A DNA stretch of 64,000 bases from Promethearchaeota archaeon. Lineage in GTDB: Archaea; Asgardarchaeota; Lokiarchaeia; Sigyniarchaeales; SOKP01. The translations under genes and the position numbers were made by a program. The notes under the pieces are model-generated. The model was not told where the DNA came from and ran no database searches. It worked only from the letters and a program-made list of their open reading frames with translations. Positions 19,494-29,563 of this stretch are shown in pieces (position 1 is the stretch's first letter; each line of letters starts with the position of its first letter). Location: contig JAHPZI010000026.1 of assembly GCA_019058295.1 (NCBI GenBank), positions 1-64,000 of the forward strand. The letters run 5' to 3'.

Positions 19494-20246
19494 TCAAAAA
19501 TAAAGATCCATTGATTGAGCATATCTATAAGACATTTGTATATTTTTATTTCCTTCGTCAGAGATATTCATATGGCCAGGTAATAAATATTTCACGTCTA
19601 AATTATTCGCTATAAATTTAATTGAGTTTTGGAGATCTTTTAAAGAACTTCCTGGGAAGTCGAACCTGCCTATACTACCACCTGTAAATACTAAATCCCC
19701 AGGAATTAATACTTTTTTGGAGGGTTCGTAGTAAGAGATCGAACCTAAAGAATGTCCTGGTGTATAATGAATTTGAAAACTGAACTCAGAATTAATACTA
19801 ATTTCTTTTAGATTGGTTAAATCTGTGATTTTAAGGGGTATTATCTTAGCTCCAAACATTTTAGGAGTTATTCCAAGAGCCCCAGGACAAATTTTTGATT
19901 CATCCCCTTCAGATAAGATTTTAACAGTTTCTCCATACGCAAAAATTTCAGGAGGATTATCTTTCATGGCTTCTAAAATTTTGTACAAACCTATTACATG
20001 ATCTATATGTTCGTGAGTTAGGAACACTTTAGTTATATTATTATAATCTAGATTTTGTTTTTCCATACCGAGAAATAGACCATTTACCGAGAGTGAATTT
20101 CCAGCATCAAATAAAACGATTTCTTGAGTATCGCTGTCGATTATACAATACTGATTACAATCTAACATTTGATTTTCTGAGAAATAATACAAATTTTTTA
20201 GGACTTCTTTACCTCTTTTTTCAGAACTACTGCTTTTAAAAAACAT
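19494..20246 (-). CDS. Metallo-beta-lactamase fold hydrolase (glyoxalase II-like)
   Basis: THEHIDH, TPGHS, GDLVF, GRFDFPG, PGH. Confidence 0.93.
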   Translation of the reverse strand: MFFKSSSSEKRGKEVLKNLYYFSENQMLDCNQYCIIDSDTQEIVLFDAGNSLSVNGLFLGMEKQNLDYNNITKVFLTHEHIDHVIGLYKILEAMKDNPPEIFAYGETVKILSEGDESKICPGALGITPKMFGAKIIPLKITDLTNLKEISINSEFSFQIHYTPGHSLGSISYYEPSKKVLIPGDLVFTGGSIGRFDFPGSSLKDLQNSIKFIANNLDVKYLLPGHMNISDEGNKNIQMSYRYAQSMDLYF

Positions 20247-20324
20247 ATTATTGAAAAAAGTTAGCTTAACTTTAATGTTTTTTCTTTATAAAGGTTAATA
20301 AATTCTGCAAAATAATTATATATT

Positions 20325-20720
20325 ATGTCTAAAGAGCCCAATATTGATGATTTAAAATCTAAAATAGGATTTGGAATAAAGATATGGTTAGAATTTGGTT
20401 CTATTGATAAAAAAAAGAATATTTTGGGTTCTGGATGGGCAAAACTTTTAGAAAATTTAGATAAAAACATGAGTGGATCATTGACTCAAGCTGCTGAAGA
20501 ATGTGGATATTCGTATAAATATGCTTGGAATATTTTAAAGCGCATTGAAAAACGTACTGGAATGTCAGTTGTTAATACTGGGAAAGGTGGACGAGGTGGT
20601 GGGGGTTATGTCGAATTAAATGAATGGGGGAAATATCTTTTAAAAACTTATAATAATTTACTATTTGAACTTGAAATAATAGAAAAAAGACTTGGAGAAA
20701 CTTTTAAAATTAATGAATAA
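20325..20720 (+). CDS. ModE-type winged-helix regulator (stand-alone)
   Basis: LGSG..KLL...GSLTQAA...GYSYKYAW...GGRGGG. Confidence 0.88.
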   Translation: MSKEPNIDDLKSKIGFGIKIWLEFGSIDKKKNILGSGWAKLLENLDKNMSGSLTQAAEECGYSYKYAWNILKRIEKRTGMSVVNTGKGGRGGGGYVELNEWGKYLLKTYNNLLFELEIIEKRLGETFKINE

Positions 20721-21016
20721 ATACTTTTTAATATATAATAGCATTTCCGCACAATAATAAATCTAATTTGAAACAATCATGGGGGATAGTCTTAAACAAT
20801 TTGGTGAAACTTATTGGATTTGTCTTTTAAAAGGATATTTTAACAAAACTGCTAGAACTTTTAAACCAATAATTTATTAATTAATAAGATTAAATGAATT
20901 TAATTTGGGTTGAAAATGTTATAAGAAAAATTAAGAATAATTTTAATAATTAAGGGATTATAAGATCTAATAATAATAATTATAAATATAAAAAAAATTG
21001 AGGCTATAACCGTAGA

Positions 21017-22501
21017 ATGGCTTTACCGCTTCCAGGAACACCAGTTATAATTGATATCGGTAGTGCTTATGTTAAATTAGGTTTTGCTGGTGAACCTACA
21101 CCTCGTTTTGTTTTTCCTTCTATTGTTGGTACTGAAAAATATAGAGCAGTAATGGTTGATGTTGGCGGTCAAAGGAATTATTACGTTGGAAATGATGCCA
21201 TGAAAATGAGGGGCGTCCTTAAAGTAAATTATCCTATACAGAGAGGCGCGATTATGGATTGGGAGGCGTACTACGAGATTTTAAACTATATTTTTTATAC
21301 TTTACTTAGAATAGAGAATCTTTCAAATTATCCCATAATATATGCTGAGCATCCTTTTGTACCAAGAGAAACTAAAGAATTTATAGCAAGAGTTTTGTTC
21401 GAAACGCATAAAGTTAATTCTTTAATAATGTTGCAATCCCCATTTTTATCAATGTTTTCCGTTGGGTTGACAACGGGATTGGTAATTGAGAGTGGGGACG
21501 GGCTAACTTGGATTGTTCCAATAGTTAATGGGATTATCCAACAACAAGCAATCCAAAAGTTAAATCTTGCTGGAATAGATGTAAATCACAATTTAAGAAC
21601 GTTAATGATGAGAGAAGGAATTAACATTGAATCTTCAGCAGCAGCAGAAATATTAAAAGAAATAAAAGAAAAAAACTGCTATTTTGTATTAGATCCTCAA
21701 TCTCCTCCACTTTCGCAAGGGTCCTTCGCGTATCCAATGCCTGATGGCTCGGTTAAACAAATTCCAAGTAATGTTTTGCATGAAGCTCCTGAGGTTATGT
21801 TTCAACCTGGTATGTTAGGTTATAATATAATGAATATCCCCCAGGCGATAATATATTGTTTACAAATGATGGATAAAGCCTATTGGAGTGACTTATTATC
21901 ACACATTGTACTTTCAGGCGGGAACCTCTCTTATAGCGGATTTGAAGAACGATTGAAACAGGAATTGATGACCCTTTTGCCTCAGTTGGGACCTATTCCT
22001 AAAGCTCAAGTTCAGCCAACTCCTATTGGCAGCCAAGAGCCTAAGCTTGAAGCAATTAAAGTAAAAGAAAAAACAATAGACACATGTCCTGAATGTGGTG
22101 AATTAGTAGACTTATCTGGTGGGGGGGAGTCCTGTCCTTCTTGTGGAGCGAGTATGAAATTGCCACAATTATCCATAGATATAGGAAAGTCAATTGATAA
22201 GAAATCGAGGAAATGTCCCCATTGTAATAAAAAAATTATGGATGCATCATCTGTCTTTTGTCCATTCTGTGGAAAAGGAATTGCTGATAACTTTTCTAGT
22301 GTGAAAGAGTTTACAGATATCTCAGATTCAGATGAGGTTATTAAATTTTTTGTTCCTGATAATCTTCAATATGCTATTTTTAATGGATCCGCAATACTTG
22401 GAAGCCTTCCAAGCTTTCAGAATCTATTCGTTACATACGACGAATTTCAAAGTAATACAAATGCCTTATACAGAGAGATTTCTGATGTTTTTAAAATATA
22501 G
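21017..22501 (+). CDS. Actin family protein with inserted double zinc ribbon
   Basis: IIDIGSAYVKLGFAGE..P.FVFPSIVG, YPIQRG, IESGDG, NLAG, IKEKNCY, PDG, IVLSGG, GSAILGSL; four CxxC motifs in residues 357-418. Confidence 0.95.
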   Translation: MALPLPGTPVIIDIGSAYVKLGFAGEPTPRFVFPSIVGTEKYRAVMVDVGGQRNYYVGNDAMKMRGVLKVNYPIQRGAIMDWEAYYEILNYIFYTLLRIENLSNYPIIYAEHPFVPRETKEFIARVLFETHKVNSLIMLQSPFLSMFSVGLTTGLVIESGDGLTWIVPIVNGIIQQQAIQKLNLAGIDVNHNLRTLMMREGINIESSAAAEILKEIKEKNCYFVLDPQSPPLSQGSFAYPMPDGSVKQIPSNVLHEAPEVMFQPGMLGYNIMNIPQAIIYCLQMMDKAYWSDLLSHIVLSGGNLSYSGFEERLKQELMTLLPQLGPIPKAQVQPTPIGSQEPKLEAIKVKEKTIDTCPECGELVDLSGGGESCPSCGASMKLPQLSIDIGKSIDKKSRKCPHCNKKIMDASSVFCPFCGKGIADNFSSVKEFTDISDSDEVIKFFVPDNLQYAIFNGSAILGSLPSFQNLFVTYDEFQSNTNALYREISDVFKI

Positions 22502-22632
22502 CTAAAACTAATTATTTTTCATCAAGAATTATAAAAAAATCTACTTAAATTGTTTTAAATTTCGATAATTTTTAATTTCAAGTTGAATTTAGAAATTTAA
22601 GTTTAAAAGATTAATCTAAGGTAATTACTTAA

Positions 22633-23787
22633 TTGAAAATATCGAAAATTCGATTATTAACAATTTTTATGTTATTCCTTGTGATCTCTTTAAGTTTATC
22701 ACCATTCGCATTAGCAAAAACACGAAAAACGTATTTATCTGATTTTCTCTTAGATAATTTTATCGATGATGAAGGTTTTTCAAACTGCAATAGAGAGGAA
22801 TATCGTGAGGATAGTGATGAGGTATCATACGAAGCAACCGCTTATGCTTTAGAAATTCTTGGAGGTTATAATTTGTTAGAACAGAAAGATCTATTTGGAA
22901 AAGTCGAAAAGAGCTATAATTCTTCAGATCTTCAAGAAGATTTAGAAAAAACCCTTGATTCTATGTATGGTTCTGGTTTTGAAGATATTTATGATACATA
23001 TTATATTTTAAAATCATTAGAAGATATGGATGTTGAAATCGATGGAACTTTAGCTCTTCAAATTAAACTATATCTCGATGCCACTGCCCAGAGCAATGGA
23101 GGTTTTGCTGGTACAGATACTTCTACATCAGCTACTCTAATTTCAACCTATTTTGCTTTACAAATTTATGACTTACTAGATCAACCTCTTCCAGATCCAA
23201 GAGGTTTTATCTTGTCGTGTGGTAATCCTGATGATGGTGGATATGGAGGTGATCCTACATCTTCCTCAACTATCGCCAATACATATTACGCTATTTTAAT
23301 CATGGATTTTTTAGATGATTTTGGGGCTTTAATCTCAGAGAGTGCGACCATTGATTATCTTAATCAGTTTTATGTTGATGATGAGAATGATGAAGATAAT
23401 TACGGGGGATATTTACCTGATCTAATAAATGCTAAATATGCATTACTTAGTAGTACTTACTATTGTCTAAAAGCCATTTCTTTACTCGATAAAGATGAAA
23501 TAGAAGATGAAGATGCTACCTCAGAATGGCTTTTAGATCGACAGAATTTCCAAGACGGAGGTTTTGTTGATCAAAGTGAAGGATACGAACAAAAATTTTC
23601 TTCAGTAATTAGTACGTATTTTGCCCTAGAAGCGTTAGATTTACTAGGTAAGGAAGATCTATTAGAAGAAAAAGTTTTCATGTTAGAATGGGAATGGTAT
23701 GATTGGTTAATATTCTGTATTATATTGATAGCTCTTATCGCATTGGCTATAATAGGTATTTATATTAGACGAAAAAGAAGATTATAA
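22633..23787 (+). CDS. Secreted, C-terminally anchored prenyltransferase/squalene-cyclase-repeat (alpha/alpha toroid) protein
   Basis: Signal peptide, repeated (D/N)GG(F/Y)...(S/N)TY(F/Y)A(L/I) units, C-terminal TM plus RRKRRL. Confidence 0.8.
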   Translation: MKISKIRLLTIFMLFLVISLSLSPFALAKTRKTYLSDFLLDNFIDDEGFSNCNREEYREDSDEVSYEATAYALEILGGYNLLEQKDLFGKVEKSYNSSDLQEDLEKTLDSMYGSGFEDIYDTYYILKSLEDMDVEIDGTLALQIKLYLDATAQSNGGFAGTDTSTSATLISTYFALQIYDLLDQPLPDPRGFILSCGNPDDGGYGGDPTSSSTIANTYYAILIMDFLDDFGALISESATIDYLNQFYVDDENDEDNYGGYLPDLINAKYALLSSTYYCLKAISLLDKDEIEDEDATSEWLLDRQNFQDGGFVDQSEGYEQKFSSVISTYFALEALDLLGKEDLLEEKVFMLEWEWYDWLIFCIILIALIALAIIGIYIRRKRRL

Positions 23788-23885
23788 AACATTCTCGTTC
23801 CTTTTTATATTTATTCAATACCATTCTTCAAGCTAAAATAGAATTTCTTGAAAATTAATAATATAAAAGAATAATTCAATGCGAT

Positions 23886-24755
23886 TTGGTAATAATGGGA
23901 AAAATTCTCGATGGAAGAAAACTGGCAGATAAATTGAATTTAGAATTAAAAAATGAAATTGATGAAGTCATAAAAAGGACAAGAATCAAACCAAAATTAG
24001 CCACAATTTTGGTTGGAGAAGATCCAGCATCAAAAATATATGTGAATATCAAACATAAAACATGTACTCAAGTTGGGATTGAATCATATCAAGTTAATCT
24101 GAGTAAGGATATAAACAAGACAGAATTAATTAATGAAATAGAAAAATTAAATCAAGATGCAAATATTCATGGGATCTTATTACAATTGCCTCTCCCCTTG
24201 AAAATTCGAGACTTTACACCTCAATTTCTTGAAAAAATTTCACCACTTAAAGATGTAGATGGTTTTCATCCTATAAATAGAGGTAAACTCTTTGATTATA
24301 ACGAAGAATTAGCTCCGTGTACCCCTAAAGGCATAATTGCACTGTTAGAACATTATAATGTCGAAATAAAAGGAAAAGATGTAACCATAATTAATCGGTC
24401 CAATCTTGTAGGGAAACCATTGATTTTTATGCTTTTAAAAAGAAATGCTACCCCTACTATATGCCATACATCTACTAAAGACTTAGACCGCTTTATAAAG
24501 CAAGCAGATATTTTAGTAGTCGCTGTAAGCCGACCAAAATTTATTTCTAAAGAAAAAATTAAAGAAGGTGTGATAATAATTGATGTCGGAACCAATAGGG
24601 TAGAAGGTAAATTATGTGGAGATGTAGACTTTGAAGATGTATTAGAAAAAGTTAGTATGATTACGCCAGTTCCAGGTGGTGTTGGTCCGATGACTGTAAG
24701 TTATTTACTTCAAAATACTTTCAATGTGTTTAAAAAACAAATAAATATAAATTAA
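23886..24755 (+). CDS. folD: Methylenetetrahydrofolate dehydrogenase/cyclohydrolase
   Basis: ILDG, GEDPAS..YV..K, GILLQLPLP, KDVDG, PCTP, RSNLVGKP, TPVPGGVGPMT. Confidence 0.97.
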   Translation: MVIMGKILDGRKLADKLNLELKNEIDEVIKRTRIKPKLATILVGEDPASKIYVNIKHKTCTQVGIESYQVNLSKDINKTELINEIEKLNQDANIHGILLQLPLPLKIRDFTPQFLEKISPLKDVDGFHPINRGKLFDYNEELAPCTPKGIIALLEHYNVEIKGKDVTIINRSNLVGKPLIFMLLKRNATPTICHTSTKDLDRFIKQADILVVAVSRPKFISKEKIKEGVIIIDVGTNRVEGKLCGDVDFEDVLEKVSMITPVPGGVGPMTVSYLLQNTFNVFKKQININ

Positions 24756-24866
24756 ATAAAAATCGAAGAAAAAAAATAAATTAATAAATTATTATTTTAA
24801 CATTATAAAATAAACAATTAAAGATTATTCCAAAATTTAATTAAATATATTTGTATAATTCGGGTT

Positions 24867-25319
24867 ATGGCTGTCCTTGAATGCGGAATTAATATAGGTA
24901 ATAGAAATTTAATAGAGGTTCGATACTACGCATCATCAGACGTTTTAGATCCAAATCTCCGTGCAGGATTTCTATCTGCTTTAGAAAGTTTTACCACTGA
25001 AGTATTCTCTGACAGCATCAATGTAGTTTCCCTTGCTTCTTTTAAATTAGTTTGTTTCTGTGAGATGGTAGCATTACCCGGTGATGACGAAGATAATACG
25101 CAGCCCCTGTTAGCATATGCCATAATAGAAAAAGAAACTGAGTCAGAAGTAGTCAAACGTCTTTTAAATCAGATTATTATGACTTTTACTAATCGCTATT
25201 CTGTCTTAGATATTTTCGAAAAGAAACCTAAATATTTCAGAAAATTTGATATAAGGATTAGCGATATTCTTGGTGATTTAAAAATGAAAACAGAAGACCG
25301 GTTCAAATCTCTCTTCTAA
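24867..25319 (+). CDS. Longin-like domain protein
   Basis: ~150 aa; beta-beta-helix (LRAGFLSALESFTTEVF)-three strands-helices pattern typical of longin domains. Confidence 0.65.
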   Translation: MAVLECGINIGNRNLIEVRYYASSDVLDPNLRAGFLSALESFTTEVFSDSINVVSLASFKLVCFCEMVALPGDDEDNTQPLLAYAIIEKETESEVVKRLLNQIIMTFTNRYSVLDIFEKKPKYFRKFDIRISDILGDLKMKTEDRFKSLF

Positions 25320-25356
25320 AGTAATGTCTTAAATTATTTTTTAGTTGTGATATAAT

Positions 25357-26550
25357 TTGAGTTCGAATATTGGACCTGAAGCGCAAGCTGCTTACCAGAA
25401 ATATCTTGATGCTGGGACTTTAGATGAAAAAATTAAGAGATTAGAAGAATTTCTCTCTCTAGTTCCTAAACATAAAGCAACCGAGAGAATTGTAGCTCTC
25501 AATAGATCTCGTCTCGCTAAATTAAAGCGTCAACAAGAAGAACATAAACAGAGATTGAAATCCTTAGGTAAAAAAAGTCCATTTTCAATCAAAAAAGAAG
25601 GTATTCAAGTAATTCTGATAAGTGATTATTATAATCCAGGTGTTGGAAAGAGTTCAATTTTAAATTACTTAACCGGGGCAGCTAAAAAGAAAATTGGTAA
25701 ATTTACGTCAATTCCTGAAATAGGGATATATAAATTTAAAAAAATAAAATTTCAAATTGTTGAGATGCCCTCCATAATGGAAGGTGCGTCAAAAGGAGTA
25801 GGCAATGGTAAAGAAATTCTTGCACAAATTAGGTCCTCAGATTTAATCTGTATTTGTATTGATTTATCACGAAATTTTGAAAATCAGATGAATTTAATAC
25901 TAACCGAACTTTCTAACGCAGATATTAAAATAAATGATCCTCCTCCCCCTATAACTATTGAAAAAACGGGTTCCAACAAAATCCAAATATTTTACTTAAC
26001 AAGTGAAGCTCAAAAAATGGAAAACATGGAGGATTTAAACGAAAAAATAATTGAAGTTGTTCAAGAAGCTGGAATCCGAAATGGAATTGTAAAAATTTAT
26101 GGTGAAATCAATCTTGATCAAGTTGTAGACGCTTTAACTCCTTCAGTAGTATATAAAAATGCATTAATTTTAGGAACTAAAGGAGATCTCCCTCACACTG
26201 AAACTGCTTATATTGATTTAAAAAACCAATATTCTTCTCAATTTCCACTAATTTTTGGTACAAGTGTTAAGAAAAACAACTTTCCTAACAATTTTGGAGA
26301 TATTATATTAGAAATTTTGAAAAAAATAAAGATTTACACTATGAACATTTCTGGAAAAGTTGCTGAGAAACCTCTTATAATGGATAAGGGTGCCACTGTA
26401 AAAGATGTAGCATTTCGGATTCATAAAAGTTTCAAAGAATTATTTGATTATGCCGTAATCGTTAGAGAAGGAGCTCGTCAAAAAAAGAAAAGAGTGGGTA
26501 TAGATTATAAATTAGAAGATAATGATATTATAGAGATTCATACTATTTAA
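25357..26550 (+). CDS. DRG/OBG-family GTPase-like protein with TGS domain, degenerate G motifs
   Basis: PKHKATE N-terminus, PGVGKSS, G.GNGKEIL..IR, TKGD, C-terminal TGS (TVKDVAFRIH...RVG.DY.LED.DIIEIH). Confidence 0.88.
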   Translation: MSSNIGPEAQAAYQKYLDAGTLDEKIKRLEEFLSLVPKHKATERIVALNRSRLAKLKRQQEEHKQRLKSLGKKSPFSIKKEGIQVILISDYYNPGVGKSSILNYLTGAAKKKIGKFTSIPEIGIYKFKKIKFQIVEMPSIMEGASKGVGNGKEILAQIRSSDLICICIDLSRNFENQMNLILTELSNADIKINDPPPPITIEKTGSNKIQIFYLTSEAQKMENMEDLNEKIIEVVQEAGIRNGIVKIYGEINLDQVVDALTPSVVYKNALILGTKGDLPHTETAYIDLKNQYSSQFPLIFGTSVKKNNFPNNFGDIILEILKKIKIYTMNISGKVAEKPLIMDKGATVKDVAFRIHKSFKELFDYAVIVREGARQKKKRVGIDYKLEDNDIIEIHTI

Positions 26551-26611
26551 ACTATAAAATAGCTATTTTAATTTAAAACTAGAAGAATAAAATGATTTAT
26601 TTCTTATTATT

Positions 26612-29287
26612 TCAATTCGACTTTATAAATTCAATTATTTTAGGAATTTCAGAGATTTGATCTATATAAACTTGATTTAAATTAGAAATTCCTCCTGAAA
26701 TATTTTTAATACTTTCAAACGAGTAAATTAAATTCTCTAGATAATCAATAATATCTCCCTTAAAAACCAGAATTTTATATTCTTCATTTAAATATTCGCA
26801 AATTTGCTCTATGGAAAGTTTTTCATTGATTCTTAAATTAAGAATAATATTTTCAAGATTGAGCCGACCGCAATCGCAATATGGACTATCTTTACAATTA
26901 CAATTAAATATGTCATTAATCCATTTTGTAATAAAGTTAATAAATTCTTTTGAAAATGTTTTTCTCTTCTTAATATATTCAGCATTCATTAAAGAAAGAA
27001 CGCTTGCACTAAATAAATTGTTAGAAAAATACTTCATACTTACGTTTTTAGATAAATCTGCTACGATCTTTTTAGAGATATACACATTCCTTAACGGTTT
27101 TAAGTCAAGTGCCAAATCTAATACACTTTCGATTTTATTTAATTTTAATTTTTCTATAATATCTAAACTCTGATCAACTGTAAGAAAAGATTTCGATACA
27201 GATTGTCCTAAATTAGTAGGTTTATGAATGAAATTTTCTTTTATCCTTATTAATTTTAAAGAATTTAATTTTTTTAATACTTGGTCGAGATTATACTCTT
27301 GATTAATTAATAAATCGTAGAATGCATAAATATGATCTAATTCAATTCCTTGATTAAACATTGAGATAAACGCGAGCAATTCTGTAATTGATTTATCTTC
27401 GTCAGGAATTAATTCGAAATCTTTAATTTTTCCATTTAATAATTTAATTGCTATATTTTCTTCTGTAATTTTCATTTTTGGCGAATAAACTTTCCCAGGC
27501 TCAACAAGTAAATATGTCAACCCCAAATCATGCTTTCCTAATCTACCAGCTCTTCCTAACATTTGCTCAAATTCGGCTACTGTTAACCAATTTATTCCCA
27601 TCGCTAAAGATTCGAATATTACTTGAAGCGCAGGAAGGTCTACACCTGCAGCTAAAGCTGCTGTGGCAACAACACCTGCAATTTTTTGTGATTGAAATTC
27701 TAACTCAATAACCTTTCTTTCTTCCGTTGTTAACCCACTATGGTATGATCTAACGAAAATGTTCCTATTCTGAAGATATGCTGTTAAGGCTTCGCATTTT
27801 TTTCGTGTATTTGTAAATATGATTGATTGTCCTTTAAAACCATATTTTGATTTTCTTTTAAAAGCCGCTCGCACAATTTTTGAAATTAATTGATGTTTTC
27901 TTTGTTCATTTAAAGCTAATATTAGATGGCGCTCAATTGGAACAGGCCTATTATTGTATTGAATTAAAGATGCATTTAATTTTTGTGCAAGTGTTTCTGG
28001 TTCTCCAATCGTAGCACTTAGATATAAATATTGAGAATTTCTATATAGCGACTTTAACCGAGCGATAAAACCGTCTAATAAAAAACCCCGGTCAGGATCG
28101 ATCAAGGTTTGAATTTCATCAATAATAATGGTACCAATACTTCCTAATCGCTCTTTGTTTCCACTTCTTAGTATATAATCAATTGCTTCATAAGTCGCTA
28201 TAATGATGTCGGCATTTATTAGTTCCTCTAAATTATCATCTTCTTCCTTTTTATCAAGCAAAGATTCTCCCACTCTTTTAAAAATTCTCAGATTAAGAGG
28301 TTTATACTTATTCTTGAACTCTTCTGTTCTTATATTAGCTAAAGCAACAATGGGAACCAAATATAACATTTTCTTTTTATCCATTAATATCTTTGAAACT
28401 CCTGCCAATTCTCCAACTAAAGTTTTACCTCCTGAAGTTGGCGCCATTATTAATTGATCTTTTCGGTCTGAAAGTAGACCATTATCTATAGAGATCGCTT
28501 GAATTGGTAAAAGTGTAGAAATCTCCATATTTTCTAAAATATTTTTCAAAGAACCTGGCACACTAAGATTTTTGACTTTATAATTAAGATATTTTTGGCT
28601 TACATCAGGATTCTTTTCGATGTCATATAACGTAATTTCTCTATTCCCAACAGGATTAAAATCAGATTTAAAAGCACTTAAGACTTTTTTAACATCTTTA
28701 AATTTCAAAATCATATGATTAAAGAAATTTTTTAATTTAGGGTTAATACGCTGATCCATGGATAATAGACCAATAAGCTGTGCTTCTCTTATAATGATAT
28801 CCATAGCACAATTAGAACAAATTATATCATTTTTATACGATTTTATCTGAATATTTTTATCTAATATCGTAAATTTTCCCTCATCTAAACATAATTTACA
28901 AAATGTTAATTGAGTTATCTTATCTTTATCTAATTGAAAATTTTTAAGCATCTCCATTATTGGCGCAAATTCTTTAGATTCTGTTTGACTCGAAAATGCA
29001 ATAAATTTATTTTCATCAGCAAGCAAGAATTTTTTGAAAAGGCGAGGATCTATAGGTATTTGATTTTGCTTTCCATCTTCCTGAGTTTTTGTAAATTTTA
29101 AGGGACGCATTTTATTTTTAATATCTAATCCAAATGTAACTAACCCTCTAAAGAAAGGCTCATTCACATAAGAGATGGTTTTCGAGCGCGATTTTAAATA
29201 GAAAAAATTAACATTAAACATTAACTCGATTTTTTGCTTATGTATTTTATCAATAACTATAAAGTAATTCTTTAAAGGAATAGTCAA
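26612..29287 (-). CDS. Archaeal Ski2-like SF2 helicase with Cys-rich C-terminus (DUF5814-like)
   Basis: LLPIQ, APTSGGKT, DEIQ, SAT, YHSGL, AGVDLP, QMLGRAGR, CNCKDSPYCDCG. Confidence 0.92.
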   Translation of the reverse strand: MTIPLKNYFIVIDKIHKQKIELMFNVNFFYLKSRSKTISYVNEPFFRGLVTFGLDIKNKMRPLKFTKTQEDGKQNQIPIDPRLFKKFLLADENKFIAFSSQTESKEFAPIMEMLKNFQLDKDKITQLTFCKLCLDEGKFTILDKNIQIKSYKNDIICSNCAMDIIIREAQLIGLLSMDQRINPKLKNFFNHMILKFKDVKKVLSAFKSDFNPVGNREITLYDIEKNPDVSQKYLNYKVKNLSVPGSLKNILENMEISTLLPIQAISIDNGLLSDRKDQLIMAPTSGGKTLVGELAGVSKILMDKKKMLYLVPIVALANIRTEEFKNKYKPLNLRIFKRVGESLLDKKEEDDNLEELINADIIIATYEAIDYILRSGNKERLGSIGTIIIDEIQTLIDPDRGFLLDGFIARLKSLYRNSQYLYLSATIGEPETLAQKLNASLIQYNNRPVPIERHLILALNEQRKHQLISKIVRAAFKRKSKYGFKGQSIIFTNTRKKCEALTAYLQNRNIFVRSYHSGLTTEERKVIELEFQSQKIAGVVATAALAAGVDLPALQVIFESLAMGINWLTVAEFEQMLGRAGRLGKHDLGLTYLLVEPGKVYSPKMKITEENIAIKLLNGKIKDFELIPDEDKSITELLAFISMFNQGIELDHIYAFYDLLINQEYNLDQVLKKLNSLKLIRIKENFIHKPTNLGQSVSKSFLTVDQSLDIIEKLKLNKIESVLDLALDLKPLRNVYISKKIVADLSKNVSMKYFSNNLFSASVLSLMNAEYIKKRKTFSKEFINFITKWINDIFNCNCKDSPYCDCGRLNLENIILNLRINEKLSIEQICEYLNEEYKILVFKGDIIDYLENLIYSFESIKNISGGISNLNQVYIDQISEIPKIIEFIKSN

Positions 29288-29563
29288 GTGTTAACACAGC
29301 TAAAAGTTTTATAAATTTAAATCAGTATATAATGCTATAAGGATTTATCGAATGTTAATTTTATTATTTCTTAATAATAAAAATGTTCCTAAAAATTATA
29401 TTGAAAATATACTATATTGGTATATCTGGGTAGTTTAAAATATATTTAATGTTGTAACTTCTCATGTTTTTAGAGGAAATAAGCCTAATCTGAAAATATT
29501 TATAAATTAATAAAAATAAATAAAAATTACATTAATGGAATTTTTTTCCAGTGCGGTGAAAAC

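Noticed and set aside
20721-21016. Possible ncRNA or small ORF upstream of the actin gene
   Set aside because: No convincing stem-loop, tRNA fold or coding signal found by eye.
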